From NCBI GenBank assembly GCA_021814545.1, contig JAKAID010000001.1, forward strand, positions 107,910 to 171,909: a stretch of DNA of 64,000 nucleotides, read 5' to 3'. The translations under genes and the position numbers were made by a program. Positions 19,420 to 28,550 of this stretch are shown here, in pieces. Position 1 is the first letter of the stretch; each line of letters begins with the position of its first letter. The notes under the pieces were generated by a model. The model was not told where the DNA came from, did not search any database, and worked only from the letters and a program-made list of their open reading frames with translations. This stretch comes from a bacterium (GTDB taxonomy: Bacteria > Patescibacteriota > Minisyncoccia > UBA6257 > GWB1-50-10).

Positions 19420-20133
19420 CTACTCTCCGGCAACCACCACCGCGAATTCCCCTCTCGATTCTCCCTCTTCGCCGCCGAACCGGCCGGCGGCTTCTTTTAC
19501 CGTGCCGGTAAAGATTTCTTCGTGCACCTTTGTAAGCTCGCGCCCCACAATAAGGCGCCGTTCGTCGCCTAACACTTCGCGGATGCTCGCGAGCGCCTTC
19601 CCGATGCGGTGGGGCGATTCATAGAACACTGCGGGCCAGATAGTATTTGTTGTTAGGTTTTCAAAAAATGTTTTCCTGCCCTTCTTGTGCGGGGGGAATC
19701 CCAGGAATACGAACTGGTCCGCGGAGAGACCGGATACGGAAAGCAATGTCGTTATCGCGGAAGCTCCGGGAATGGGTATAATGTTCGCCGCAGGCTCCTC
19801 GGCGCGCACACGCGCCACGAGGCGGCTCCCAGGGTCAGCGATACCTGGCGTGCCCGCGTCAGAAACAAAGACAACGCGCTTTCCTTCACGCAGAAAACGT
19901 AGCACTTCTTCCGACGCTCGTTCGTGGGCGTGCTCGTCGTAGCGCAACAGGCTCTTCCTTATTTCGTAGTGCGCAAGAAGACGCGCAATAACCCGCGTAT
20001 CTTCTGCAAAAATAACATCAGCCGCCTTGAGGGAATCGAGTGCGCGGAGGGTAATATCCCCGAGATTGCCGATGGGGGTTGCCACTATCGCAAGTTCTCC
20101 GTGTTTTTCTTCCATGGTTTCCTTATTCATCAT
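19420..20133 (-). CDS. rsmI: 16S rRNA (cytidine1402-2'-O)-methyltransferase
   Basis: LAIVATPIGNLGDITLRALDSLKAADVIFAEDTRV.. tetrapyrrole-methylase-fold RsmI signature. Confidence 0.85.
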   Translation of the reverse strand: MMNKETMEEKHGELAIVATPIGNLGDITLRALDSLKAADVIFAEDTRVIARLLAHYEIRKSLLRYDEHAHERASEEVLRFLREGKRVVFVSDAGTPGIADPGSRLVARVRAEEPAANIIPIPGASAITTLLSVSGLSADQFVFLGFPPHKKGRKTFFENLTTNTIWPAVFYESPHRIGKALASIREVLGDERRLIVGRELTKVHEEIFTGTVKEAAGRFGGEEGESRGEFAVVVAGE

Positions 20134-20135
20134 AC

Positions 20136-20156
20136 AAAAACCCCCGCGGAAGCGGG
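20136..20156 (-). terminator. intrinsic terminator after rplS (CCCGC-GGAA-GCGGG hairpin plus T-run on minus strand)
   Basis: Seen in sequence. Confidence 0.55.
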
Positions 20157-20166
20157 AGTTCGTTCA

Positions 20167-20499
20167 TTATTTCGTCGCCGTAAGCCTCTCGCGCGTCTTC
20201 TTGCTCGAGAAATCGCGGATATAGTAGAGCTTTGATTTGTGCACCTTCTTCGGCGTTGCAAGTACCTCGATCTTTGCAATGTTCGGTGAGTGCACGGGGA
20301 ACACCTTCTCCACGCCTACCTCCTGGAGGATCGCGCGGACCGTGAAGGTCGCGCCCGCCTCTGCTCCATGCTTATGCGCAAGCACAAGGCCCTCGAACGC
20401 GCTCTGGCGCTCCTTGTCGCCCTCTTTGATGCGTTCCCATACGCGCACCTTCGCTCCGGGACGGATTTTTGAGATCAAGTCTTTATCCATAACGTACAC
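20167..20499 (-). CDS. rplS: 50S ribosomal protein L19
   Basis: VRVWERIKEGDKERQSAFEGLVLAHKHGAEAGATFTVRAILQEVGVEKVFPVHSP.. matches the L19 consensus. Confidence 0.9.
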   Translation of the reverse strand: MYVMDKDLISKIRPGAKVRVWERIKEGDKERQSAFEGLVLAHKHGAEAGATFTVRAILQEVGVEKVFPVHSPNIAKIEVLATPKKVHKSKLYYIRDFSSKKTRERLTATK

Positions 20500-20526
20500 A
20501 AAGTGTAGAAGATTATGCCAAAAAAA

Positions 20527-21273
20527 TCAAGTCCGGTGGCGCTCCGCCTCCAGGGCATCGATGACCTTCTGGAGCTCGGGCGGCAGCTCCGCTTCCAGCC
20601 TTACTCGATTGCCGTCCGGCGTCGAAAATTCGATGGATTCCGCGTGGAGGAACTGGCGCTCAAGCCCAAGGCCATTCGCCTTTGGTCCGTAGAGAGTATC
20701 GCCCACGATGGGGTGGCCGATGGATGCCAAATGCACGCGTATCTGGTGGGTGCGCCCCGTGCGCGGCGTAACCCGCACGAGCGAATAGTATGTCGCTCCG
20801 CGCCCCTCGAGCACGCTCTTCTGGTACACCTTCACCACCTCGTACTCGGTCACCGCCTCTTTCACCATTTTCATATCGCGCGCCCGCGTGCTCCGCTTTA
20901 CTGTACCCGGCTTTAACCCAATGGGCAGGTCTACCACACCCTTCCCGAGAAGCCTGCCGTTCACGAGCGCGAGATAGGTCTTTTTCACCTGGTGGTTCTG
21001 GAAGAGGTGCTTCATAAAGCTGAAAAAGGCCTGATTCCGTGCTATCACAATGACGCCCGAGGTATCCTTGTCGAGTCGGTGCACTATGCCCGGGCGCGTC
21101 GCGGGGTCGTCGCCCACGCGGCTGATTTCCGGGTAGTCCTTCACCGCACGGTCGGCCACCGTGTGGCCCGCAGTCCGTTCCTCAAAGCCTTTGATACCGT
21201 GCACAAGCATGCCCGCCGGTTTGTTGAACGCTACGTAGTCTTTTGTGGCGTGAATGACCCTCAACATAATCAT
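20527..21273 (-). CDS. RluA-family pseudouridine synthase
   Basis: HRLDKDTSGVIVIARN catalytic motif; no S4 domain. Confidence 0.85.
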   Translation of the reverse strand: MIMLRVIHATKDYVAFNKPAGMLVHGIKGFEERTAGHTVADRAVKDYPEISRVGDDPATRPGIVHRLDKDTSGVIVIARNQAFFSFMKHLFQNHQVKKTYLALVNGRLLGKGVVDLPIGLKPGTVKRSTRARDMKMVKEAVTEYEVVKVYQKSVLEGRGATYYSLVRVTPRTGRTHQIRVHLASIGHPIVGDTLYGPKANGLGLERQFLHAESIEFSTPDGNRVRLEAELPPELQKVIDALEAERHRT

Positions 21274-21348
21274 TCAGAACACTATACCAGAAAGCCCCAA
21301 ATAGCTCAATAAATATGCGGGTTTTTCTGCTTCCCCCTTGCCAAAACC

Positions 21349-21377
21349 TTGAGGGTATGCTAAGCTATGCGCATAAT
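21349..21377 (+). promoter_or_regulatory. putative sigma70-like promoter (TTGAGG-17-CATAAT) for the 3D-domain gene
   Basis: Hexamers seen in sequence, spacing 17; weak -35. Confidence 0.3.
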
Positions 21378-21399
21378 CCCTGCGTGAGGGGTTTTTTAT

Positions 21400-21852
21400 A
21401 TGACATTAAAACTTATTCCGATCGTATTGAGTGCGGTCATTATGACCTTCCCTATCCCTTCGGAGATACCGGTCATAGGCAGCCACACCATCATGAAAGA
21501 GGCGGTTATGAAGGTTGCGGAAGCGGCAGTTGCTCCGAAGAAGAGTGATGACGCCCTCGCTACCACCATCCGCAAGATGTGGGTTACCGCATACGCGAGC
21601 ACCCCGGAGGAGACCGACGACACGCCGTTCATTACGGCGAACGGCACCGAGGTCCGCGATGGCATCGTGGCGACCAACATGCTTCCCTTCCACACAAAAG
21701 TGATGATTCCTCGCCTTTTCGGCAACAAGGTCTTCACGGTGGAGGATCGCATGCACCCCCGCAAGAAGAACTTCATCGACGTCTGGATGCCGACCAAGCA
21801 GAAGGCGCTCGATATGGGCATCGGCTATCTCGATGTGGTCGTCTTGAACTAA
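21400..21852 (+). CDS. 3D-domain protein (YuiC/MltA-like cell-wall-associated domain) with N-terminal signal/TM
   Basis: WVTAYASTPEETDDTPFITANGTEVRDGIVATNMLPFHTKVMIP...FTVEDRMHPRKKNFIDVWMP with conserved Asp residues of the 3D fold; N-terminal hydrophobic segment. Confidence 0.65.
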   Translation: MTLKLIPIVLSAVIMTFPIPSEIPVIGSHTIMKEAVMKVAEAAVAPKKSDDALATTIRKMWVTAYASTPEETDDTPFITANGTEVRDGIVATNMLPFHTKVMIPRLFGNKVFTVEDRMHPRKKNFIDVWMPTKQKALDMGIGYLDVVVLN

Positions 21853-21864
21853 TCAAAGCTAAAA

Positions 21865-21898
21865 ATACCGCTCCCGCAAAAAGGGGCGGTATTTTTTT
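21865..21898 (+). terminator. intrinsic terminator after the 3D-domain gene (ATACCGCtCCCgc..GGGGCGGTAT hairpin plus T7)
   Basis: Seen in sequence. Confidence 0.65.
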
Positions 21899-21924
21899 AT
21901 CCCGGGGGGTGGTAAAATGAGCAC

Positions 21925-23220
21925 ATGAATTTTGAAATCGATGGCGGAAAAACGCTTTCCGGTTCTATTTCCATAAACGCTTCGAAAAATTCCGCAGTGG
22001 GGCTTCTTTGCGCCTCGCTGCTGAATAAGGGCACGACCACGCTCCTCAATATGCCCAAAATCGAGGAGGTATACCGCATTATTGAAGTCCTGGAAAGTGT
22101 CGGCGTAAAAACCGCCTGGAATGGCTCGACGCTTATCATCACGCCGCCCCGCAAGCTGAAATTGCAGCACCTGAACGCGGAGTCAGCCGCAAAAACGAGG
22201 AGCATCGTTATGTTCATGGGGCCACTCGTCCATCTTTTCCCTTCGTTCTCCATCCCACAAACCGGCGGCTGCAAACTCGGCTCACGCACTGTTCAGCCGC
22301 ATCTTTTTGCGCTCGAAAAGCTCGGTGTGCGTATCAAAACAAAAGCGAATGAATACGCAGTAAGCGCAAAAAAGCTCAATCCCGCGGATATCGTTCTCTA
22401 CGAATCTGGCGACACCGTAACCGAGAACGTGCTCATGGCGGCCTCAAAGATTCAAGGGAAAACCGTAATAAAACTCGCGTCCGCGAACTATATGGTGCAG
22501 GACCTCTGCCGCTTCCTCGAACTCTTCGGCGTGAAGATGGAAGGCATCGGTACCACGACGCTCACTATCCATGGCGTGAAAGAAATGAATAAGCCCGTTT
22601 CGTTTGCATTGAGCGAAGATCCGATTGAGGCGATGCTCTTTCTCTCTATTGCTGCAACCACCCGCTCGCACATTACCATCAAACGCTGCCCTATCGACTT
22701 TCTTGAGCTCGAACTCCTGAAACTCGAGAAAATGGGGTTTAAGTACAAAGCGACGAAGCGGTATAAATCCGCAAACGGCCACACCGACCTCGTCGACATC
22801 GAAACATTCCCGTCGAACCTCACGGCGCTCGATGAGAAGATTTACGGGCGTCCCTTCCCTGGCCTCAACATCGACAACCTCCCCTTCTTTGTGCCCATCG
22901 CTGCGGTCGCGAAAGGTCAGACGCTCATTCATGACTGGGTGTACGAGAACCGCGCCCTCTACTACCTCGAACTTTCCAAGCTCAACGTAAATCTTCTTCT
23001 CGCCGACCCGCACCGCGTGTTCGTAACCGGCCCCACGCAATTCAAGCCTGCTGAGGTCATTTGCCCTCCCGCGTTGCGCCCCGCCGCTATTATTCTTATC
23101 GCAATGCTCGCGGCCCCGGGAAAATCACTCTTGCGGAACGTCTATTCCATCAATCGCGGCTATGAGGACCTTGCGACACGCCTCCGCAAGCTTGGTGCAC
23201 GCATAAAAATAGTCACGTAA
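21925..23220 (+). CDS. murA: UDP-N-acetylglucosamine 1-carboxyvinyltransferase
   Basis: MNFEIDGGKTLSGSISINASKNSAVGLLCASLL.. EPSP-synthase fold, catalytic Cys region (GGCKLGSRTV). Confidence 0.9.
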   Translation: MNFEIDGGKTLSGSISINASKNSAVGLLCASLLNKGTTTLLNMPKIEEVYRIIEVLESVGVKTAWNGSTLIITPPRKLKLQHLNAESAAKTRSIVMFMGPLVHLFPSFSIPQTGGCKLGSRTVQPHLFALEKLGVRIKTKANEYAVSAKKLNPADIVLYESGDTVTENVLMAASKIQGKTVIKLASANYMVQDLCRFLELFGVKMEGIGTTTLTIHGVKEMNKPVSFALSEDPIEAMLFLSIAATTRSHITIKRCPIDFLELELLKLEKMGFKYKATKRYKSANGHTDLVDIETFPSNLTALDEKIYGRPFPGLNIDNLPFFVPIAAVAKGQTLIHDWVYENRALYYLELSKLNVNLLLADPHRVFVTGPTQFKPAEVICPPALRPAAIILIAMLAAPGKSLLRNVYSINRGYEDLATRLRKLGARIKIVT

Positions 23221-23227
23221 CAAAAAA

Positions 23228-23256
23228 CCCGCCCTCAATCGAGGGGGCGGGTTTTT
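23228..23256. terminator. bidirectional terminator (CCCGCCC..GGGCGGG hairpin flanked by A6/T5) between murA and the mazG-like gene
   Basis: Seen in sequence. Confidence 0.6.
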
Positions 23257-23257
23257 A

Positions 23258-23587
23258 TTACCGGTAGTCACCATTCCCATGAAGCTGCCTGCGCTCTTTT
23301 CGCGAACGCAGTTTTTCAATGTTCGCGTTCGCAACCTCGTCGAGCGTGGTCCCGAATTCAATCGCGGTGCGCGAAAGGAACCAGAGCACATCACCCAACT
23401 CCATTTTTATTGCCGCGCGTACCTCGTCGTTCAAAACGCCCTTTAGGTCGCGCTCTATCTTCGAGACTTTCCCCGCAACCTCACCTGCTTCGCCCGCAAG
23501 GCCAAGCGTCGGATACACATGGTTTCGGCCCACATTCGGGTACACCGCGGTTTCTCCCGCCTGTGCGTCATATTCGTCGAACGTCAT
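23258..23587 (-). CDS. MazG-like nucleotide pyrophosphohydrolase (all-alpha NTP-PPase)
   Basis: EAGEVAGKV...E-x2-E..ELGDVLWFL.. pattern of the MazG/HisE-like NTP pyrophosphatase domain. Confidence 0.7.
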   Translation of the reverse strand: MTFDEYDAQAGETAVYPNVGRNHVYPTLGLAGEAGEVAGKVSKIERDLKGVLNDEVRAAIKMELGDVLWFLSRTAIEFGTTLDEVANANIEKLRSRKERRQLHGNGDYR

Positions 23588-23596
23588 AAATCGTTT

Positions 23597-24220
23597 TTAT
23601 TTCACTAATCCGCGTATCGCCGCGCGGTAATGCTCGTTCACCGCATCCCAATTTACCACGTTCCACCAGGCCTCGACGTATTCAGGCCTCCTATTCTGGA
23701 ACTTGAGATAGTACGCATGTTCCCACGCATCACAGTTCATGATCGGCGTAAATCCAGCCGAGAGCGGGTTGTCCTGATTCGGGAGTGCCAGAATCGACAT
23801 CTTTCCGTCCTTATCCACCACAAGCCACGCCCACCCGCTTCCAAAAATTCCGAGCGTCGCCTTCGTGAATGTTTCCTTAAACGCCGCAAAACTTCCGAAT
23901 GTCTCATCCATCTTCAATGCGAAGCCGCCGGCGGGCTCCCCTCCCTTTTGGGGCGCCATGATGCTCCAAAAAAGCGTGTGGCTCGCATGGCCGCCGCCGT
24001 GATTCTTCACCGCAGCGCGGACGTCCTCGGGGACCGCAGCGAGGTCGCGGAGCAGCTCCTCGACCGGCTTATCCCTCAGCGCAGAGTGTTTTTCCACCGC
24101 CTCGTTAAGCTTTGCAACATATGTTGCATGATGCTTATCATGGTGGACCTCCAATGTACGCGCATCGAGGTGTGGCTCGAGTGCATCAAACGCGTACGGG
24201 AGTTTTGGTAATGTATGCAT
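23597..24220 (-). CDS. Fe/Mn superoxide dismutase
   Basis: LPKLPYAFDALEPHLDARTLEVHHDKHHATYV.. and C-terminal DAWEHAYY metal-ligand motif. Confidence 0.9.
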   Translation of the reverse strand: MHTLPKLPYAFDALEPHLDARTLEVHHDKHHATYVAKLNEAVEKHSALRDKPVEELLRDLAAVPEDVRAAVKNHGGGHASHTLFWSIMAPQKGGEPAGGFALKMDETFGSFAAFKETFTKATLGIFGSGWAWLVVDKDGKMSILALPNQDNPLSAGFTPIMNCDAWEHAYYLKFQNRRPEYVEAWWNVVNWDAVNEHYRAAIRGLVK

Positions 24221-24232
24221 ACCGGTATTATA

Positions 24233-24913
24233 TCACCGTACTCGTTTCGGCGTCTTATAGCGAATGGCGAGCGCCACCGCATCTTTTTTCGCAAACTCTC
24301 CCACGCGCGTGCGTTCAAGACTTGCAAGATAGCCACCCACCCGCAACTTCTCCCCGATATCGCGCGCGAGGGCGCGGATGTAGACGCCGGGCCCAGTCAC
24401 GATGCGGAATTTGAGGTAGGGCCACCGGTACGAAATAAACTCGAGCTCTTTCACAAGCGCCGGGCGTGCCTTCATTTCCACGAGCTCGCCCCTCCTTGCG
24501 CGTGCGTAGGCCGCCATTCCTTTTACTTTCAGCGCGCTGAATGCCGGCGGGCGCTGCATCGTAATGCCCACAAAGGAATCGAGCGCGCTTCGAATATCGA
24601 CGAGCGGCGGATGCCTTTTTGAAACGAACGTTTTTTCTCCTTCTCCATCATCTGTCGAGCTTTTTGCGCCAAGCCTTACCGAAGCTCGGTATTCTTTTTC
24701 TTTCGCGACCTCCTCGGCGATGCGCGTTGTCGCCTCGCGCCCCACCGCAACCACGATGATGCCGGCGGCCCTGGGGTCGAGCGTACCCGCATGGCCGATT
24801 TTCTTTTCGGCGATGCGGTGCTTTAACTCGCGTATCACATCGTATGAACTCGGGCCCTTCGGTTTCCAAATGCCCACAAAACCTCTAAAATCTTTTCCTA
24901 TTTTTTTAGCCAT
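24233..24913 (-). CDS. truB: tRNA pseudouridine(55) synthase
   Basis: GFVGIWKPKGPSSYDVIRELK..GHAGTLDPRAAGIIVVAVG motif with catalytic Asp. Confidence 0.9.
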   Translation of the reverse strand: MAKKIGKDFRGFVGIWKPKGPSSYDVIRELKHRIAEKKIGHAGTLDPRAAGIIVVAVGREATTRIAEEVAKEKEYRASVRLGAKSSTDDGEGEKTFVSKRHPPLVDIRSALDSFVGITMQRPPAFSALKVKGMAAYARARRGELVEMKARPALVKELEFISYRWPYLKFRIVTGPGVYIRALARDIGEKLRVGGYLASLERTRVGEFAKKDAVALAIRYKTPKRVR

Positions 24914-25499
24914 TTTTCTTCACGAGTTCCCTTGCGAGTTTCGCCGCATCGCGCGCTTTTAAAAGATAGTTTGCGGCGGCGCGCATGCGTACGCGCGTAA
25001 CCTCATAGAGCACAATACCCGCGGTGACCGACAAATTAAGGCTTTGCACCATACCTCGCATCGGTATCGTAAGGAATACGTCGGCGTATGCGCGCATTTC
25101 TTCCGAAATACCGCGCGCCTCATTCCCGAATACGAGCGCGAGCTTTGTACCGGTGAGTTTCGCGCGATAGATGGATACCGCTTTCGCATCGAGCGCGGTC
25201 GCCACCACGAAATAGCCCCGCTTTTTGAGCTCGCGAATGCACGCCTCCGGCGTATCGAACGAACGGAACGCAACCCATTTATTCCCTGAAGAAGACGATT
25301 TTTTGCCGATGCGGCGAGGATTAAAGCGCGCTTCTTTGTTGAATACGAACCACACTTCAGGTATGCCGAATGCTTCCGCACTCCGTACGACCGCTTCTGC
25401 GTTGTGCGGGTCATGAATATCTTCAAGCACCACTATCAGTCCCGCCTGGCGCGCTTCAGCAACTTTTTTTATCTTTGCTATACGTTCTTTTGTTGGCAT
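24906..25499 (-). CDS. SpoU/TrmH-family RNA 2'-O-methyltransferase
   Basis: LIVVLEDIHDPHNAEAVVRSAEAFG.., LVFGNEARGISEE, IPMRGMVQSLNLSVTAGIVLYE SPOUT motifs. Start trimmed to MPTKERIAK. Confidence 0.8.
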   Translation of the reverse strand: MPTKERIAKIKKVAEARQAGLIVVLEDIHDPHNAEAVVRSAEAFGIPEVWFVFNKEARFNPRRIGKKSSSSGNKWVAFRSFDTPEACIRELKKRGYFVVATALDAKAVSIYRAKLTGTKLALVFGNEARGISEEMRAYADVFLTIPMRGMVQSLNLSVTAGIVLYEVTRVRMRAAANYLLKARDAAKLARELVKKNG

Positions 25500-26191
25500 A
25501 CAAGATAGCTCGCCACCGTTGCGGCGGTCTCTGCGCGCAGCATAAGTGCGCCAAGGCTCATCACCGCGCACCCCGCACCCCGCATCGCCGCAAGCTCTTC
25601 CTCGCTCCACCCTCCCTCGGGTCCCACAAAGAGCGCTGCCTCGTCCGCAATGTCGCGCGCGAGCGCAGAAAACGGCTCCCCCGATGCATCACATGCGATA
25701 ACGGTGCGGCCCACCGCTTGCGCATCGACAATGGCTTCGCTGAACGGCATCACTTCCCCTACCGCGGGAACGGTCGTCCTGCCGCTCTGCTCTGCCGCCT
25801 CCTTCACGATTTTCTCGAGACGCACATGGTTGAGATTTTGCTTTATGGTTCGTTCGGTACGTACCGGAACGATGCGCGCTACCCCTGCCTCGGTTGCTTT
25901 TTGTGCAACGAACTCGAAATTGTCACGCTTCAGTGCCGCACAGTAGAGCGCGACGCTCCGCAATGCTTCGGCCGGAGCGGGGGCGTGCTCAAGAACCTCC
26001 ACCTCAAGAAACGCATCGCCCAGGTTCGTAATACTACAGCGTGCTTCACCCGCTCCGCGCTCTACGAGCATAAGAAAATCGCCTACACCGAGCCGTAACA
26101 CGTTCCGAACCTGGCGTATCGTCTCGTTATCGGTGAGCCGCAGTTTCTTTTGCGAAAGGTCGTAATCGCCGATGAACCGGTGAAGTCTCAT
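25478..26191 (-). CDS. rsmE: 16S rRNA (uracil1498-N3)-methyltransferase
   Basis: MRLHRFIGDYDL.. PUA-like N-terminus and C-terminal SPOUT domain (LFVGPEGGWSEEE). Confidence 0.8.
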   Translation of the reverse strand: MRLHRFIGDYDLSQKKLRLTDNETIRQVRNVLRLGVGDFLMLVERGAGEARCSITNLGDAFLEVEVLEHAPAPAEALRSVALYCAALKRDNFEFVAQKATEAGVARIVPVRTERTIKQNLNHVRLEKIVKEAAEQSGRTTVPAVGEVMPFSEAIVDAQAVGRTVIACDASGEPFSALARDIADEAALFVGPEGGWSEEELAAMRGAGCAVMSLGALMLRAETAATVASYLVCQQKNV

Positions 26192-26202
26192 AGTTTCACC
26201 CT

Positions 26203-26247
26203 ACAATAAAAACAGCGTCCGCGACAGCGGACGCCTGTTTTCTTTTA
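26203..26247. terminator. bidirectional terminator (CGTCCGC-GACA-GCGGACG hairpin flanked by A/T runs) between rsmE and the glutaredoxin gene
   Basis: Seen in sequence. Confidence 0.55.
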
Positions 26248-26478
26248 TATTCCGAGCGCTTCGTTGATGGCGCCTTTATCAAATCCGATTATGATAGAGC
26301 CTCCGATGTCGAGCACGGGAACACCGAGCTGGCCGGTCTTTTTTATCATTTCCTCGCGCGCAACCTCGTCCACCATCACGTCTTTATCGATATATTGTAC
26401 GCCCTTTTGATCAAAGTAGGCTTTCGCCATTTTGCAATAGACGCACGACGGAGTGGAATACACTGTTACTGTTTTCAT
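26245..26478 (-). CDS. glutaredoxin (NrdH/Grx-like, CVYC active site)
   Basis: VTVYSTPSCVYCKMAKAYFDQKGVQYIDKDV...GVPVL glutaredoxin fold. Confidence 0.8.
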   Translation of the reverse strand: MKTVTVYSTPSCVYCKMAKAYFDQKGVQYIDKDVMVDEVAREEMIKKTGQLGVPVLDIGGSIIIGFDKGAINEALGI

Positions 26479-26506
26479 ATTTTTATTCTACCACGCGTGT
26501 CAAGGC

Positions 26507-26890
26507 CTATTGGACCAGATATTGTCTCATCGTGGTATCGAGAAGCTGTTGGTCATGCTGAGAGAAGAAGGTCGTCGTCATATCGGTGCCGCACACGAAC
26601 ACGTCCCCGCCGGAATGCGTAAGGCGAAGCTGGGTTACGTCGTATCGCTTCCCCTGAATGGTCACTATACAACGATTATCGGGCTTCGGCGCGGGGGCGG
26701 GAGCAGGCTGGGGGGCGGGACGCTCGTGAGAAGCTGCTCCCGATACCGCAGTACTGGTCGCGAATGTGGCCGGCGTGGGTACGATGGAGGTCTGGTTGCT
26801 CTTCGCCGCCATTTGCCAACCTATTACAATGCCCGCCACGACGGCAAAATTTACGAGCGCAATGGTAGTTATGGTTCTTATGTTATTCAT
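26507..26890 (-). CDS. membrane-anchored cytochrome b5-like heme/steroid-binding domain protein
   Basis: N-terminal TM, Pro-rich linker (PAPQPAPAPAPKPD), then CIVTIQGKRYDVTQLRLTHSGGDVFVCGTDMTTTF..QH resembling the Cyt-b5 HPGG..aGkDaT..f pattern. Confidence 0.55.
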   Translation of the reverse strand: MNNIRTITTIALVNFAVVAGIVIGWQMAAKSNQTSIVPTPATFATSTAVSGAASHERPAPQPAPAPAPKPDNRCIVTIQGKRYDVTQLRLTHSGGDVFVCGTDMTTTFFSQHDQQLLDTTMRQYLVQ

Positions 26891-28185
26891 CCTAAAAATG
26901 AGAACTCTTCAAAAATTATATTGTGCTTCGGCACGTGATAAATATCCTCAAAATCGCGTGCGAGGCCCTCCACCATTCCTTGTGGGCCACAAAGCAAGAT
27001 GATTTTGTCCTTCGGGTCCCCCGCAATGCGCGCGACATGCTCGCTCGTGATGCGCCCTTCTATGTCCGAGCAAAAATCAAGCACATTAAACTTCGGGTTC
27101 GCCCGAGCGTGCGCAAGCTCCTCGGCGTAAAGCGCCTCATCCATATTCTTTACGCAATAAAAAACAGTTATGGTGCCGGTATTCCCCCGTGCGCTTAAAA
27201 ATTTCGCGAGGCTCAAGAATGGCGTTACGCCGATACCACCCGCTATCCATATCTGGTCTTTTGCGGACGCAAGCGCCTTCTCGCCGAATTTCCCGTATGG
27301 CCCATACACGTATACCTTGTCACCCTCCCTCACCACTTCAAGCTTCGAGGTATAGTCACCGAGCGATTTGATGGAAAACCGAAGCGCTGTTTCGGTCGGC
27401 GAAGAAACGATGGTGAACGGATGTTTCTCCCGCGCAAGCCACTTATTCTCGAGTGAAATGAACGCGAATTGGCCAGCCTCATACGGCAGACGGCCTGCGG
27501 TGGGCATAAGCGTGAGCTCGGTAATGGCTCCCGCGCGCATCACGAGTGAAACCGTGTACTCGTAACGAGGCCCAAAATATGTATACAAAAAACGCTTGTA
27601 ACTATACGCGGCGAGTGCCGCGAACGTGAGCCCCAAAGTCCATACCCGTAGGGGCAAATAAGCGGAAATGTCGCTCGTAATAAAGAGCATATGGAGCAGC
27701 ATGAACACGAGCGGGATTCCCATAAGAATGTGGGTCGCCTTCCAGATGTGATAGGGCAATTTCACGTAAAGCGTAAGAAAGATGAGAACGAGGAACGAAT
27801 AGAATGCAAAGATGCCGTAATCATACGAAAGAATGGAGGAAGGGATGATAAGGTTCATCGCCGCCCTTACGTTCGGGAGCGCATTCACCAACAGAAAGAG
27901 CGGATGGTAGACAATAAGCGCAAACCCGGAGCCGCCGAGTATGCGGTGCGCGTGATACACCTTATCGAGCCCGCCGAACCACTTTTCTACGAGTCTAATA
28001 CGCGCGGCGAGAATAAACTCGAACGCGAGAAGCACCGTGCCAAGAAGCGCGGTGATTTGGCCGAGGCTTTTGAGCGGAGCTGTAAAAACAGCGCCCGGCG
28101 TCGGCTTTGAAAGTATCCAGAGGTTCAACGTAAAAATAAGCGCACCAAAAACCACGACCCACCCCGTCTTCTTCATTGATACCAT
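26887..28185 (-). CDS. NOX/ferric-reductase-family transmembrane flavocytochrome (FRE transmembrane domain plus FAD- and NAD(P)H-binding domains)
   Basis: Six TM helices with bis-heme His pairs (HAHRILGGSGFALIVYH; HILMGIPLVFMLLH), FAD motif HPFTIVS, NAD(P)H motifs GGIGVTPF and CGPQGM. Confidence 0.85.
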   Translation of the reverse strand: MVSMKKTGWVVVFGALIFTLNLWILSKPTPGAVFTAPLKSLGQITALLGTVLLAFEFILAARIRLVEKWFGGLDKVYHAHRILGGSGFALIVYHPLFLLVNALPNVRAAMNLIIPSSILSYDYGIFAFYSFLVLIFLTLYVKLPYHIWKATHILMGIPLVFMLLHMLFITSDISAYLPLRVWTLGLTFAALAAYSYKRFLYTYFGPRYEYTVSLVMRAGAITELTLMPTAGRLPYEAGQFAFISLENKWLAREKHPFTIVSSPTETALRFSIKSLGDYTSKLEVVREGDKVYVYGPYGKFGEKALASAKDQIWIAGGIGVTPFLSLAKFLSARGNTGTITVFYCVKNMDEALYAEELAHARANPKFNVLDFCSDIEGRITSEHVARIAGDPKDKIILLCGPQGMVEGLARDFEDIYHVPKHNIIFEEFSFLG

Positions 28186-28191
28186 TATACC

Positions 28192-28542
28192 CTATTTCGC
28201 GAGCACGCCCACGACAGGATACTCGCGTTTAATTATTTCACCGCCGATGAGGTCAAGCTCTTTTGAAGAATCTCTGCCTGCAAGATAATGGTACGAGCCG
28301 CCTGTTATGTAATACTCCTTTCCCTTTGATACGTCGTATACATATCCATCGAGACCGATATAAATAGGTTTGTCTGCGTTCGAGCCGTCGAATGGTGCCA
28401 GGTCCGCCTCGTGGTAGTGCGGAAGATTTTGAGGAACCCCGCTCACCATTTGCCGCTTCGCTATAAAATACGTCGAACCTATCGCAACCCCCAGAACAAT
28501 TACGAAAAGCGCTATTATTTTTTTATTCATCACGGTGCGCAT
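28192..28542 (-). CDS. membrane-anchored cytochrome b5/MAPR-like heme-binding domain protein
   Basis: N-terminal TM. DLAPFDGSNADKPIYIGLDGYVYDVSKGKEYYITGGSYHYLAGRDSSKEL closely parallels the MAPR/Cyt-b5 family core (..FDGSN.KPIY.AVNG.VYDVT...YGPGGPY..FAGRDASR). Confidence 0.65.
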   Translation of the reverse strand: MRTVMNKKIIALFVIVLGVAIGSTYFIAKRQMVSGVPQNLPHYHEADLAPFDGSNADKPIYIGLDGYVYDVSKGKEYYITGGSYHYLAGRDSSKELDLIGGEIIKREYPVVGVLAK

Positions 28543-28550
28543 ACAGTTGG

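Noticed and set aside
21274-21399. possible c-di-AMP (ydaO-type) riboswitch or attenuator upstream of the 3D-domain gene
   Set aside because: The intergenic region is only ~125 nt. The best promoter (-10 CATAAT at 21372-21377) places the TSS inside the CCCTGCGTGAGGGG hairpin, leaving no room for a ~130-nt riboswitch. The hairpin plus T-run is more likely incidental or a weak attenuator.
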